Source: an uncultured delta proteobacterium (GTDB lineage Bacteria > Myxococcota > Myxococcia > Myxococcales > Anaeromyxobacteraceae). Taken from it: 64,000 nt of DNA. Shown in pieces: positions 44,052 through 55,519 of the stretch. The notes beneath the pieces are model-generated. The model did not search any database, was not told the origin of the DNA, and saw nothing but the letters and a program-made list of their open reading frames with translations. Positions within the stretch are counted from its first letter, which is position 1; each line of letters begins with the position of its first letter. A program made the position numbers and the translations under genes. Where the stretch lies: NCBI GenBank assembly GCA_963814585.1, contig CAWFDF010000013.1:32001-96000 (forward strand), written 5' to 3'.

Positions 44052-46754
44052 CTAGTCGATCGACTGGCGGATCTCCTCCAGCTCGTAGCACTCGATGACG
44101 TCGCCGGCCTTGAAGTCGGAGAAGCCCTCGATGCCGATGCCGCACTCCAGGGGCGCCAGCACCTCGCGGACGTCGTCCTTGAGGCGCTTCAGGGAGACGA
44201 TCTTGCCGGTGTGGACCGGCTTGCGATCGCGCGTCACGCGGCCGTGGGTGTTGCGCTTGATGACGCCCTCGGAGACCGCCGACCCGGCGATGGTGCCGAC
44301 CTTGGTGATGTTGAAGACCTGGCGGACCTCGGCCTTGCCGAGCGGCTTCTCCTTGATGATGGGCGGCAGCAGCGTCGCCATCTCCTCCCGGATCTTGTCG
44401 ACCGCCTCGTAGATGATGTCGAAGAGCAGGATGCGGACGCCCTGCTGGCTGGCGATCTGGTCCACCTTGGTCTCGGGCTTGGTGTGGAAGCCGACGATGA
44501 TGGCCTTGCCGGCCGCCGCGGTGAGGACGTCCGACTCGGTGATGTTGCCCACCCCGGAGTCGAGCACCCGGACCCCGACCTTCTTGGTGGCGCACTTCTC
44601 CAGCGCCTGGCGGACCGCCTCGGAGGAGCCCTGCACGTCGGCCTTGACCACCACGTTCAGGGCCTTGGCGCCGGTGGCCTTCCCCTTGGCGAAGAGGTCC
44701 TCCAGCGTGGCCCGCTTGACGGAGGCCATCGCCTTCTGGCGGGACTTCTCGGCGCGGTGGGTGGCCACCTCCTTGGCGGCCTTCTCGTCCTCGACGACGT
44801 CGAACTCGTCGCCGGCGGTGGGGACGCCGGAGAGGCCGAGCACCTCGACCGGGAAGCCGGGCCCGACCTCCTTCACCGGCTCGCCGCGCTCGTTCATCAT
44901 GGCGCGGACCTTGCCGTACTCGGAGCCGGTCACCAGCGCGTCGCCGATGCGGAGCGTCCCTTCCTGCACCAGCACGGTGGCCACCGGGCCCCGTCCCTTC
45001 TCCAGCTTGGCCTCGATGACCACGCCGGTGGCGAGCTTCTCGGGGTTGGACTTGAGGTCGAGCACCTCGGCCTGCAGCGCGATGTACTCGAGCAGCTCCG
45101 GGAGCCCCTGCTTGGTGCGGGCCGACACCGGCATCATGATGGTGGTGCCGCCCCACTGCTCGCCCACCAGCTCGTACTCGGTGAGCTGCTGCATGACGCG
45201 CTCGGGCTGGGCCCCCGGCTTGTCGATCTTGTTGATGGCGACCAGGATGGTGACCCCGGCGGCCTTGGCGTGCTTGATGGCCTCCACGGTCTGAGGCATG
45301 ACGCCGTCGTCGGCGGCCACCACCAGCACCACCAGGTCGGTGACCTTGGCGCCGCGCTCGCGCATCGCCGTGAAGGCCTCGTGGCCCGGCGTGTCGAGGA
45401 AGGTGATGGGGCCGTGCGCCGTCTGCACCGAGTAGGCGCCGATGTGCTGGGTGATGCCGCCGGCCTCGCCGGCCGCCACGTCGGCCTTGCGGATGGCGTC
45501 GAGCAGCGAGGTCTTGCCGTGGTCGACGTGGCCCATGACCGTGACCACCGGCGGGCGGTTCACCAGCTTCGACTCGTCGACCGCGATCTCGGGGATGTAC
45601 TCCTCGACCTCGAAGCCCTGCTTCTCGACGGTGAAGCCGAAGTCGGTGGCCAGCAGCGCCGCGGTGTCGGCGTCGATGAGCTGGTTGATGGTGGCCATGG
45701 TGCCACCCTGCATCAGCTTGCGGATCAGGTCGGAGGCCTTGACGCCCATGGCCTGCGAGAGGGTGGAGAGCGAGATCGACTCCTCGATGCGGATGACCTT
45801 CTTGTGCTCGGCGCGCTCGGTCACCTGCGTCTTGGCTCCCTTCTTGGTCGGCTTCTTCTTCTTGCCCCGCACCGGCACGTAGGTGCGGTCCTGCATGGCG
45901 GCCGTCAGCAGCTCCTTGGGGTTGAGCGTCTTGGCCGCCTCCTCGCTGGGGCGTCCGGCGCCGCGCTTGTTCTTGTTCTTGTCGCGGCTGACGTCGATGA
46001 ACTCGCGCTCGCGCCCCAGCGAGCCGGGGACCACCTTGAGCTCGCGGACCTCGCCGAGCGCGCGGGGCCCGGGCGCGGCCGGGAAGCGGCTGCCGGCGCC
46101 GGTCGCCGGCGTGACGCGGCGGACCGGGACCAGCGGCCGGGACAGCACCACCGCCTGCGTCGAGGTGGGGCGCTGCGTGCGCGGATCGATCTGTGGCCTG
46201 GGCGGCGCGGCCGGGGCGCCCGTGGGCGCGGCGGCGGTGGGCGCGGCCGGGGCGCCCGGCGCCGGCGTCGCGGCGGGCGTGCCCGGGGTCGCCGAGGCCC
46301 CCTGCTCCGCCGTGGCCAGGGCCGCCTCGGCGGCCAGCGGTGCGGCGGCTTCCGGCGCGGCGGTCTCCGGCGCGGCGGCCTCGGGCTGGGCGGACGGCTC
46401 GAAGGCCGGCTCGGCGGCGGGCGCCTCCTCCCCGGCGGGCTCCGGCTCCTCGAAGATCTCCGGCTCGAGCGCCTCGGGCGGAGGAGGCGGCGGCGCGGGG
46501 GGCGGCACCGGGATGGTGGCCTTCTTGCGGACCACGAAGCCCGGGCCGGCCGGCCGCGGGGCGGCGGCCTTGGGCCGCTTCTCGCCGGCGATCTTCTCGA
46601 AGGCGGCCTGGGCCTGGTCGTCGTCGAGCGACGACGAGTGGCTCTTCACCTCGAAGCCGAGCTGATGGAGCCTGTCGACGAGCTCCTGGTTGGAGAGCTC
46701 GATCCCCTGCTCCTTGAGCTGCTTCGCCAGCTCGTGAACCCGCTTCTTGGCCAT
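44052..46754 (-). CDS. infB: Translation initiation factor IF-2
   Basis: [25 protein letters not shown] and NKID motifs; Pro/Ala-rich N-terminal linker. Confidence 0.98.
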   Translation of the reverse strand: MAKKRVHELAKQLKEQGIELSNQELVDRLHQLGFEVKSHSSSLDDDQAQAAFEKIAGEKRPKAAAPRPAGPGFVVRKKATIPVPPPAPPPPPPEALEPEIFEEPEPAGEEAPAAEPAFEPSAQPEAAAPETAAPEAAAPLAAEAALATAEQGASATPGTPAATPAPGAPAAPTAAAPTGAPAAPPRPQIDPRTQRPTSTQAVVLSRPLVPVRRVTPATGAGSRFPAAPGPRALGEVRELKVVPGSLGREREFIDVSRDKNKNKRGAGRPSEEAAKTLNPKELLTAAMQDRTYVPVRGKKKKPTKKGAKTQVTERAEHKKVIRIEESISLSTLSQAMGVKASDLIRKLMQGGTMATINQLIDADTAALLATDFGFTVEKQGFEVEEYIPEIAVDESKLVNRPPVVTVMGHVDHGKTSLLDAIRKADVAAGEAGGITQHIGAYSVQTAHGPITFLDTPGHEAFTAMRERGAKVTDLVVLVVAADDGVMPQTVEAIKHAKAAGVTILVAINKIDKPGAQPERVMQQLTEYELVGEQWGGTTIMMPVSARTKQGLPELLEYIALQAEVLDLKSNPEKLATGVVIEAKLEKGRGPVATVLVQEGTLRIGDALVTGSEYGKVRAMMNERGEPVKEVGPGFPVEVLGLSGVPTAGDEFDVVEDEKAAKEVATHRAEKSRQKAMASVKRATLEDLFAKGKATGAKALNVVVKADVQGSSEAVRQALEKCATKKVGVRVLDSGVGNITESDVLTAAAGKAIIVGFHTKPETKVDQIASQQGVRILLFDIIYEAVDKIREEMATLLPPIIKEKPLGKAEVRQVFNITKVGTIAGSAVSEGVIKRNTHGRVTRDRKPVHTGKIVSLKRLKDDVREVLAPLECGIGIEGFSDFKAGDVIECYELEEIRQSID

Positions 46755-46766
46755 GTGTGTCGACTC

Positions 46767-47029
46767 CTAGTCCCTGCCAGCGACAACCGTCAACCCTGCG
46801 CGGAGCGCGTCCGCGTCCCACGTCACATCCCCGCGCCGGAACGCCCGGGCGAAGGCGCGCCGCTTGAGGGCCCGCTCCAGGCAGCCCTCCTCGCGGTGCA
46901 GCCACGCACCCCGCCCACCGCTCCGCCTCGCGTCCACCACCACACGCGCTCCGTCTCCGACCCGGACCCGGATCAGCTTCGCTTGCGCCGCGGCCTCGCC
47001 GCAGCCCACGCAGGTCCGGACCGGGGCGG

Positions 47030-47033
<4 letters not shown>
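46767..47033 (-). CDS. ylxR: YlxR/DUF448 RNA-binding protein
   Basis: PVRTCVGC and GRGAW motifs; GTG start overlaps the nusA stop. Confidence 0.88.
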
Positions 47034-48691
<1,658 letters not shown>

Positions 48692-48694
48692 GGC

Positions 48695-49210
48695 TCAGTC
48701 CTTCCTTCGGAGCTCGGCCTCGAAGTCGTACTCGAGGTTGGCCTTGGCGATCTGGTCGTGCGGGACGCGGTGGCGCACGCCGTCGACGTCGATCTCGACG
48801 GCGCCGTCCTTGAATCCCTGGAGCGTGCCGGTCCAGTGCTTGCGGCCGGGCGATGCGGGGGCGGTGCCGGCCACCGGCCCGTACGTCTTGATGCGGGCCC
48901 GCTGGCCTGAGAACCGATCGAAGTCCGAGGGCTTGCGGAGCGGCCGCTCCAGCCCCGGCGAGGAGACCTCGAGGTCGTAGGCGGGCTCGATGAACTCCTC
49001 GACGTCGAGGATGGGTTCCACGGTCCGGCTGACCGCCTGGCAGTCGTCGATGCCGAAGCCGCCGGCCTTGTCGACGTAGAGGCGCAGCGTCCAGCGCCCC
49101 CCGGCGCGGACCCACTCCACCTCGACGAGCTCGTAGCCGTCGCGGACGAGGACCGGCTCCAGCAGCCGCCGCGCCTGCTCGGCGATCGGTTCGTGTGCGA
49201 TACCGGTCAT
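48695..49210 (-). CDS. rimP: Ribosome maturation factor RimP
   Basis: YDLEVSSPGLERPL motif; first gene of the nusA-infB operon. Confidence 0.95.
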   Translation of the reverse strand: MTGIAHEPIAEQARRLLEPVLVRDGYELVEVEWVRAGGRWTLRLYVDKAGGFGIDDCQAVSRTVEPILDVEEFIEPAYDLEVSSPGLERPLRKPSDFDRFSGQRARIKTYGPVAGTAPASPGRKHWTGTLQGFKDGAVEIDVDGVRHRVPHDQIAKANLEYDFEAELRRKD

Positions 49211-49224
49211 GTCCTCGGATCCAG

Positions 49225-49260
49225 AAAAGAAAAAAGTGGGGCGCTCCTGCGGCCCACTTT
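49225..49260 (-). terminator. Terminator-like attenuator hairpin in the rimP leader
   Basis: Minus strand AAAGTGGG-loop-CCCACTTT followed by TTTCTTTT, between the promoter and the ATG. Confidence 0.75.
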
Positions 49261-49299
49261 CGTACCCGGTCGCCCGGGAGCATCGAAAATGTGGGGGGT

Positions 49300-49328
49300 T
49301 AGGTAGCAGAACGGGGCGCTCGGGTCAA
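49300..49328 (-). promoter_or_regulatory. Sigma70 promoter of the rimP-nusA-infB operon
   Basis: Minus strand TTGACC-N17-TACCTA with an extended -10 TG. Confidence 0.6.
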
Positions 49329-49403
49329 GGCGGGCCGGGGCCCGGGGCCCGGCCCGCGCCTGCCGCCGCCGTCGGTGAATCCCCTGTCGGGACGCGGGCC
49401 TGG

Positions 49404-50360
49404 CTACTTCGCCGGCGCGTCGAGCCAGGCGGCCAGCCCCTGGGCGTTGAGCTCGAGGTCGTTGCGGTAGACCTCCACCACCCGGGCCGGGTCGAGCGGG
49501 ACGCCGTGCCGGGCCGCCTCGGCGACCAGGGAAGCCGTCAGGCCCGCCTTGATGGCCAGGTGCCGGCCCGGGCCGGCCGGCGCGGCGCGGGCCACCCGGA
49601 CGTGCTCGTCGATGCTGCGGTGGAGCGCGGCGCCGTGCGCGGCGAGGTTCCCCTGCACCATGCCGTAGTGCGTCAGGTAGACCCGCTCCGGCCGCTCGGC
49701 CAGCATCCGATCCAGCGTGGCGTGGAGCGCGGGGGGATCGAACTGCACCGGCGTGGTGGAGGCGAAGAAGAGCGGGCCGTTCGGGCCGCCGTCGGTCTCG
49801 CGGTAGCTCAGGCCGAAGGAGTCGCCGGTGAAGAAGCCCCGGCTGGCCTCGTCCAGGACCACGAAGTGGTGCTTGGCGTGGCCCGGGGCGTCGAGGAAGC
49901 GTAGGCGGCGCGCGCCGAGGTCCAGCGAGAAGCCGTCCGGCGCCTCCACCACCCGGTCCGCCGGGACCGGGACCGGCGGGCCGTAGAGCCTGAGGGTGGC
50001 CTCCTCGCCGTAGACGCCGACGGTGCCGGCCCAGAGCTTGGCGGGGTCGACGAGGTGGCGGGCCCCGCGCGGGTGGGCCACCAGCGTGGCCCTCGGGAGC
50101 ACGCCCATGAGCGCGCCGGCGCCTCCGGCGTGATCGAGGTGGACGTGGGTGACGATGACGTGGCTCACCGCCTCGCGGTCCAGGCCGAGCTGCTGCAGCG
50201 CGGCGAGCAGTCGCGGGACGGTCTGGAAGGTGCCGGTCTCCACGATGGCGGCCGAGTCCCGGCCGCGGAGGACGTAGCAGGCGGCGAGGTTCGGCCACAG
50301 GTAGCCGGTGTCGACGAGGAAGACGCCGGGGGCGACCTCGGTGGCGGGCTGGGAGGGCAT
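49404..50360 (-). CDS. MBL-fold metallo-hydrolase
   Basis: THVHLDHAGG, PGHAKHH, TGD and THYG motifs. Confidence 0.92.
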   Translation of the reverse strand: MPSQPATEVAPGVFLVDTGYLWPNLAACYVLRGRDSAAIVETGTFQTVPRLLAALQQLGLDREAVSHVIVTHVHLDHAGGAGALMGVLPRATLVAHPRGARHLVDPAKLWAGTVGVYGEEATLRLYGPPVPVPADRVVEAPDGFSLDLGARRLRFLDAPGHAKHHFVVLDEASRGFFTGDSFGLSYRETDGGPNGPLFFASTTPVQFDPPALHATLDRMLAERPERVYLTHYGMVQGNLAAHGAALHRSIDEHVRVARAAPAGPGRHLAIKAGLTASLVAEAARHGVPLDPARVVEVYRNDLELNAQGLAAWLDAPAK

Positions 50361-50384
50361 GGCGATCGAGGGGCGTGGAGGGCG

Positions 50385-50936
50385 CTAGCGCCGCCCGGGC
50401 GGGTAGGCCTCGATGAGCTTGACGATGGCCTGCTCCAGCGCCGCCGGCCCCTGGTCCGGGGAGACCGAGTCGCTGCCGGTGCCGCGCCAGAACATCTCGC
50501 GGCTCCTGGCGTCGACGAAGTCGAGGATCAGCGTCCCCGACCGGTAGGACCGCACCGAGACCGACGGCGCGGTGGTGACCACGGCGCCGCCGTAGGGGTA
50601 GCCGAAGCCGGCGCCGTAGCCGTAGCCGTACTGGTCGACCCGGATCTGGTCCCCCGCCCAGCCGTGCATGGCGACGAAGAAGTCCGGGAGCTCGCCCTCG
50701 GGGGCGTGGATGAACCCGCGCTTGAGGAGCTCCCGCTGCACGAAGAAGCGGATGCGCTCGCGAACCTGCGGGTCGCGGATGACCGGCGCCTGCTCCGGCC
50801 CCGGCTGCATGGGCAGGAAGGCGAAGGCGCGGTAGCGCTTGAAGTCGGCGCCCTCCACGTACTCGGTCTCCACCTTGAGGGTGGCGCAGCCGGCCAGCGA
50901 GAGGGCCAGCACGGCGGCGGCGGCGAGTCGAGTCAT
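50385..50936 (-). CDS. DUF4136-like lipoprotein
   Basis: Lipobox LAG-C; YRSGTLILDFVDA..MFWRG. Confidence 0.85.
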   Translation of the reverse strand: MTRLAAAAVLALSLAGCATLKVETEYVEGADFKRYRAFAFLPMQPGPEQAPVIRDPQVRERIRFFVQRELLKRGFIHAPEGELPDFFVAMHGWAGDQIRVDQYGYGYGAGFGYPYGGAVVTTAPSVSVRSYRSGTLILDFVDARSREMFWRGTGSDSVSPDQGPAALEQAIVKLIEAYPPGRR

Positions 50937-51217
50937 GCGGTCTCCATGGCCGGCGCTCTCGCCCGGTCCGGTCTTCGAGGGGTGGTTCGATCGGGCCCCG
51001 GCGGCGACGGCCGGCGACGCGCGGATGGACTGGTGCATGGCTTCCTCACCCGGTAGCTGGCGGGACGGTGACCGGACGCGCCACCGCGAACCCTGGAGGG
51101 GTGAGCGTATCGCGAACTGGAGCCCCGCGCTCCTCCTTCGTGTAGACTTCCGTCGCCCCCATGGGACGATCGCGCCGCCGCCGGCCAACGGCGCGCCCGC
51201 GGGATCGGGAGATCGCC

Positions 51218-51757
51218 ATGCCTCGTCTCACGCTCACCCTCGCGCTGGCCGTCGCGCTGCTCGGGTGCTCCACCGTCCAGATCGACACCCAGTACAAGCC
51301 GGGCACCGACTACAAGCGCTACCAGACCTTCACATGGAACCCGATCGAGCCGGGGCCGGAGCAGGCCACCGAGGCCCGCGATCCGGCCATCCGGCAGTTC
51401 GTGCTCGGGACCATCGAGAAGGAGCTGACCGGACGCGGCTTCAAGAAGGCCGCCGCCGGCGCCACGCCCGACTTCTACATCGCCGTCCACGGCTGGTCGC
51501 GCGACAAGATCGACGTCAAGCAGTACGGCTACGTCTACGGCTACAGCGGATACGGCATGTACCCGACCATGGGGGGCCCGGCCGTCGAGGTTCGCCAGTA
51601 CAAGGAGGGGTCGATCGTCATCGACTTCATCGACGCCACCAGTCGGGAGATGTTCTGGCGCGGCACCGCCAGCGACACCTTCCTCCCGGGCACCGGCCAG
51701 GCGGCGATCAAGGATGCCGTCGGCAAGCTGCTCGAGGCCTATCCGCCCCCCCGCTAG
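51218..51757 (+). CDS. DUF4136-like lipoprotein (paralog)
   Basis: Lipobox LLG-C; YKEGSIVIDFIDA..MFWRG. Confidence 0.85.
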   Translation: MPRLTLTLALAVALLGCSTVQIDTQYKPGTDYKRYQTFTWNPIEPGPEQATEARDPAIRQFVLGTIEKELTGRGFKKAAAGATPDFYIAVHGWSRDKIDVKQYGYVYGYSGYGMYPTMGGPAVEVRQYKEGSIVIDFIDATSREMFWRGTASDTFLPGTGQAAIKDAVGKLLEAYPPPR

Positions 51758-51803
51758 GGCCCCGACCCAGCCACAGGATCCCCTCATGGCCACGGAGGCC
51801 CGC

Positions 51804-52391
51804 ATGACCCGCTCCATCCGCCTCGCCGCGCTCCTCGCCCCGCTGCTGCTCCCCGCCTGCGCGACCACGCAAGGCGTCCCGCTGCCGATGACCACGCCGT
51901 CCGGTCCCAAGGCCCCGGTCTTCGTCGCCACCGGCGAGTTCCGCTCCTCCTACGGCAAGAGCGCCGCCTTCGACGAGTGGCGGGTGGTGGGGCCCCGCGT
52001 CAACCTGACCCGCAACGATGACGGCTCCTGGGACGGGACCGCCGGTCCGGCCATGAGCGGCTTCCACCTCGAGGTGAAGCCCGGCCACCTGAGCGGGCCC
52101 AACCTCAGCCTGAGCATCCAGAAGATGGCCGACGGCTTCGTCGAGGTGGGCGGCCTGTTCTTCGGGGATCGCTACTGGATCCGGGCCTCGCCGCAGAAGC
52201 TGCAGGGCAACACCCACGGCGGCCGCTGCTCCTTCGAGTTCAAGCGGACCTCCCCGAACCTCTTCGAGGGTGACGTGGCCTGCGGGATGGAGATCAACCG
52301 GGTCAGCATCGAGGTGCGGGGCGCGGCGACGCGCGTCGAGGAGCCGATGCTGCCCCAGACGGCGCTGGCGCTGGTCGCCGTGATGCCCTGA
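51804..52391 (+). CDS. Hypothetical lipoprotein
   Basis: MTRSIRLAALLAPLLLPAC lipobox-like signal; beta-rich mature part; alternative start at 51786. Confidence 0.75.
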   Translation: MTRSIRLAALLAPLLLPACATTQGVPLPMTTPSGPKAPVFVATGEFRSSYGKSAAFDEWRVVGPRVNLTRNDDGSWDGTAGPAMSGFHLEVKPGHLSGPNLSLSIQKMADGFVEVGGLFFGDRYWIRASPQKLQGNTHGGRCSFEFKRTSPNLFEGDVACGMEINRVSIEVRGAATRVEEPMLPQTALALVAVMP

Positions 52392-52450
52392 CGGCCGCTC
52401 GCCCGGCCCATCTCCCCTGGCCGGGCGGCGCCCCGTGGCCTCCAGACGCC

Positions 52451-52900
52451 ATGCGATCCCTTCGAGCCCTCGCCCTCGCGGCCGCGGCGTCCGGCGCCCT
52501 GGGGTGGGCCGTTCCGGCCGCCGCCGCCAACCCGTACGTCGAGCTGGGCCTGGGCGCCGACTGGCTCGTCGAGCCCCTCGAGGGCGCCTTCCAGTTCACG
52601 CTGGCGGGCCAGAACCGCGTCAGCCAGCACCTCTCCTGGGGCGGCCGGGTCGGCCTGCTGGTCCTCGCCGATCCCGGCCAGCTCGGCGTGCCCCTCGACG
52701 CCCGACTGCGAGGCCACTTCGGCGCCATCTACGTCGAGGGGCTGATCGGCCCCTGGCTCATCCTCCGCGACGCCGATCCGCTCCGCTTCCACGCCGCCAT
52801 CGGCTTCGGCCTCGTCACCCACCACGTCGTCGTCGGGGCCGAGGTCGGCCTGCTCGACGGGGGCTCGATGGTCGGCCTGCGGCTGGCCTTCCCGCTCTGA
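52451..52900 (+). CDS. Secreted small beta-strand-rich (outer-membrane barrel-like) protein
   Basis: Signal peptide and alternating hydrophobic pattern. Confidence 0.7.
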   Translation: MRSLRALALAAAASGALGWAVPAAAANPYVELGLGADWLVEPLEGAFQFTLAGQNRVSQHLSWGGRVGLLVLADPGQLGVPLDARLRGHFGAIYVEGLIGPWLILRDADPLRFHAAIGFGLVTHHVVVGAEVGLLDGGSMVGLRLAFPL

Positions 52901-52988
52901 TGGGCCTGCGGCGCGACCTCCCGGGGAGCGGGTTGCAGGCCGATGGGCTGGTGACTTCGGCCGGGCCGGGGCACTAGGATCCGACGGC

Positions 52989-53672
52989 ATGTGCGGCCGC
53001 TTCTCGCTCACCCTCGCTGACCTCGCGGCCCTGGCGCGCGAGTGGTCGGCCGATCTCGACGCCCGGCTGGCGGAGCGCTGGCGGCCACGCTTCAACGTCG
53101 CCCCCGGGCAGCCCCACCCGCTGCTGCGGCAGGTGGCCGGGCGGCGGCGCCTGGAGCTGGCCACCTTCGGCCTGGCCGGGCCACGCGGCTCGCTCCTGCC
53201 CAACGCCCGCTCCGAGACCGCCTCCGTGCGTCGCAGCTTCGCCACCCCGATGCGGGAGGGGCGGTGCGCGGTGCCCGTCGACGGCTTCTACGAGTGGGAG
53301 GGGCCGCCCTCGGCCCGGAGGCCGAGCTGGTTCCACCGGGACGACGGCGCGCCCATGCTGCTGGCGGCGGTGGCCTCCGCGGCGCCGGACGGGCGGCTCG
53401 GCTTCTCCATCCTCACCACCGACTCGGTCGCGCCGGTGGTGCGGCTCCACGATCGGATGCCGGTGATCCTGCCCCCATCGCTGGTGGCTCCCTGGCTGGC
53501 CGCCGGTCCGCCGCCGCCCCTGCCCGCCCCCGAGCCCGGCCTGCTCTCGGCCCGGCCCCTGTCGGCCCGGGTCAACTCCACCGCCCACGACGACCCGGCC
53601 TGCCTCGAGCCGCGGGCGCCGGAGGGGCAGCTGCGGCTGCTCCACCTTCCTGACCCGGGCAAGATGACGTGA
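52989..53672 (+). CDS. SRAP/YedK (HMCES-like) abasic-site-processing protein
   Basis: N-terminal MCGRF, NARSET, DGFYEW and HDRMPVIL motifs. Confidence 0.93.
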   Translation: MCGRFSLTLADLAALAREWSADLDARLAERWRPRFNVAPGQPHPLLRQVAGRRRLELATFGLAGPRGSLLPNARSETASVRRSFATPMREGRCAVPVDGFYEWEGPPSARRPSWFHRDDGAPMLLAAVASAAPDGRLGFSILTTDSVAPVVRLHDRMPVILPPSLVAPWLAAGPPPPLPAPEPGLLSARPLSARVNSTAHDDPACLEPRAPEGQLRLLHLPDPGKMT

Positions 53673-53817
53673 CGAGCGAGCCGAGACCGGAGCGAGGCTG
53701 GCGCCCGAGGAGGGAGCAGCGGAAGCGTAGCATCACTACACTGAGCAGCGGACCGACGAGACCGCCTGCCGCAGCGAGAGGATCGGCTCTCGCAGTGGGC
53801 ATCCTGCCTGGGTCGGG
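53649..53817. repeat. Long palindromic element, copy B
   Basis: Outer arms CCTGACCCGGGCAAGATG/CATCCTGCCTGGGTCGGG; inner arms GAGCCGA/TCGGCTC, GGCG/CGCC and GTAG/CTAC; core aligns with copy A. Confidence 0.8.
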
Positions 53818-53832
53818 GCACTGAGGAGCCCC

Positions 53833-54453
53833 GTGCGCCGCGACGACCGCCTCCCCCTCCTCTGCCTCGCCGTGGCCGTCGGCGTCACGGCGCTCTCCCG
53901 CGTTGGCGCCCGGGATCCCGCCACCTGGCTCATGGAGGTGGCGCCCTCGCTGATCGCCCTGCCGGTCCTCGGGGCCACCTACCGCCGCTTCCCGCTCACG
54001 CCGCTGGTCTACGTGGCGCTGGCGATCCATGCCACCATCCTCGCCACCGGCGCCCACTGGACCTACGCCGAGGTGCCGCTCGGCTTCTGGGTCCGCGATG
54101 CCCTCGGCCTGTCGCGCAACCACTTCGACCGGCTCGGCCACCTGGCCCAGGGGTTCGTGCCGGCGCTGCTGGCGCGCGAGCTGCTGATCCGGACCTCGCC
54201 CCTGCGCCCGGGCCGGTGGATGCTGGCGCTGGTCACCCTCTCGGTGCTGGGCGTCTCCGCCTGCTACGAGCTCGTCGAGTGGTGGGCGGCGCTCCTGCTC
54301 GGCCAGGGCGCCGACGCCTTCCTGGGCACCCAGGGCGATCCCTGGGACACCCAGTGGGACATGTTCATGGCCGCCTGCGGCGCCCTGCTGGCGCAGCTCT
54401 CGCTGGCCGGGTGGCACGACCGGCAGCTGGCGCGCCGCGCCGCCACCTCGTGA
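53833..54453 (+). CDS. DUF2238 (YjdF-like) membrane protein
   Basis: TYAEVPLG, RNHFDRLGH, YELVEW and FLGTQGDPWDTQWDM motifs. Confidence 0.9.
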   Translation: MRRDDRLPLLCLAVAVGVTALSRVGARDPATWLMEVAPSLIALPVLGATYRRFPLTPLVYVALAIHATILATGAHWTYAEVPLGFWVRDALGLSRNHFDRLGHLAQGFVPALLARELLIRTSPLRPGRWMLALVTLSVLGVSACYELVEWWAALLLGQGADAFLGTQGDPWDTQWDMFMAACGALLAQLSLAGWHDRQLARRAATS

Positions 54454-54532
54454 CGCGCCCCGGGCCCGGTTCCGCCCGGCGTGGCCAGGCCGCGTGCGCC
54501 GCGACAGGGATCGGGCCAGGAGCGTGGCGCCA

Positions 54533-55366
54533 TCAGCCGGCGCGATCCCCGGCGAAGACGCTGGAGGCGCGCCACTCGGATCCAGCCTCGAGGAACGGCG
54601 CGTTCTCCGGCCTTCGCCCGGGCGGCAGCTTGCGGGCCACGGCGATGATGTGGAACGGCGCCATGGTCTCCACGGCGAGGAGCTGGACGCCGGCGTGGTC
54701 GAGCAGCCTCAGCGCCGACCCGGTGTCGAAGACGTGGTGGTGGAAGCAGCGGTTCTCCACGTTCCGGGCCGACCGCTCGCGAAACTGCTCCGGCGTCCCT
54801 CCACCGGGGTCCAGGGAGAGATCGTGCAGCGCCAGGATCTCTTCGTGGTGGGTCATGTCGTCCTCGCCCACACCGGCCCGGTCGTCGGCCTCGAAGTGCT
54901 CGAGGGGCGTGATCGGACGGCGATGGTCGAAGGTCCCCTCGCGGTGCGGCAGCAGCAGCACCAGCGCCCCGCCCTCCTTGAGGACGCGCAGCCACTCGCC
55001 GAGGGCCTTGAGCCCGTTGGCGCAGTGCTCGAGGGCGTGGGACGACAGCACGAAGTCGTAGCGCGCCGAGGGGATGGCCGAGAGGTCGGAGGCCTCGGCG
55101 ATGAACTGCCGCCCCGGTGCCCGCCCCGGCTCGAAGACGAAGGTCGCCCCCTCGACATGGGCGGCCTGCCAGACCGTGCTGGCGGCGAAGTTGCAGTTGT
55201 CGAGGGATCCGACCACCGGGTAGAGGGGGAGGATCCCCCGGCGCCCCTGGAAGACCTCGCTGGGGCCACCCACCTCCAGGCCGGACTTCCCGCCCACCAG
55301 CGCCGCCACCCGGGGCAGGCAGCGGGCCCGTGGGCGCCTTCGGAGGAATCGAGGGATCCAGTTCAT
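54533..55366 (-). CDS. Class I SAM-dependent methyltransferase
   Basis: LEVGGPS, YDFVLSSHALEH and RVLKEGG motifs. Confidence 0.85.
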   Translation of the reverse strand: MNWIPRFLRRRPRARCLPRVAALVGGKSGLEVGGPSEVFQGRRGILPLYPVVGSLDNCNFAASTVWQAAHVEGATFVFEPGRAPGRQFIAEASDLSAIPSARYDFVLSSHALEHCANGLKALGEWLRVLKEGGALVLLLPHREGTFDHRRPITPLEHFEADDRAGVGEDDMTHHEEILALHDLSLDPGGGTPEQFRERSARNVENRCFHHHVFDTGSALRLLDHAGVQLLAVETMAPFHIIAVARKLPPGRRPENAPFLEAGSEWRASSVFAGDRAG

Positions 55367-55519
55367 GGCGCGGCGACCTTCGATCGGAGCTCCTCCGATA
55401 TCACGACTCCCCGGCGGCGTTCACCTCTCGTCGCCGGCGCCGGCCCGGCTCGCGCCGCCTGCAGGGCCGGCGGCCGGAGCGCCTGGTGCCCCGATCCCTG
55501 CTCCGGGCCCTCGCCGGAA

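Noticed and set aside
46190..46520. Repetitive GC-rich tract in infB
   Set aside because: Encodes the ordinary low-complexity Pro/Ala/Glu linker of the IF-2 N-terminus; not a DNA repeat array.
49210..49400. tRNA (metY-like) upstream of rimP
   Set aside because: No cloverleaf or T-loop consensus; only the promoter and terminator-like hairpin are present.
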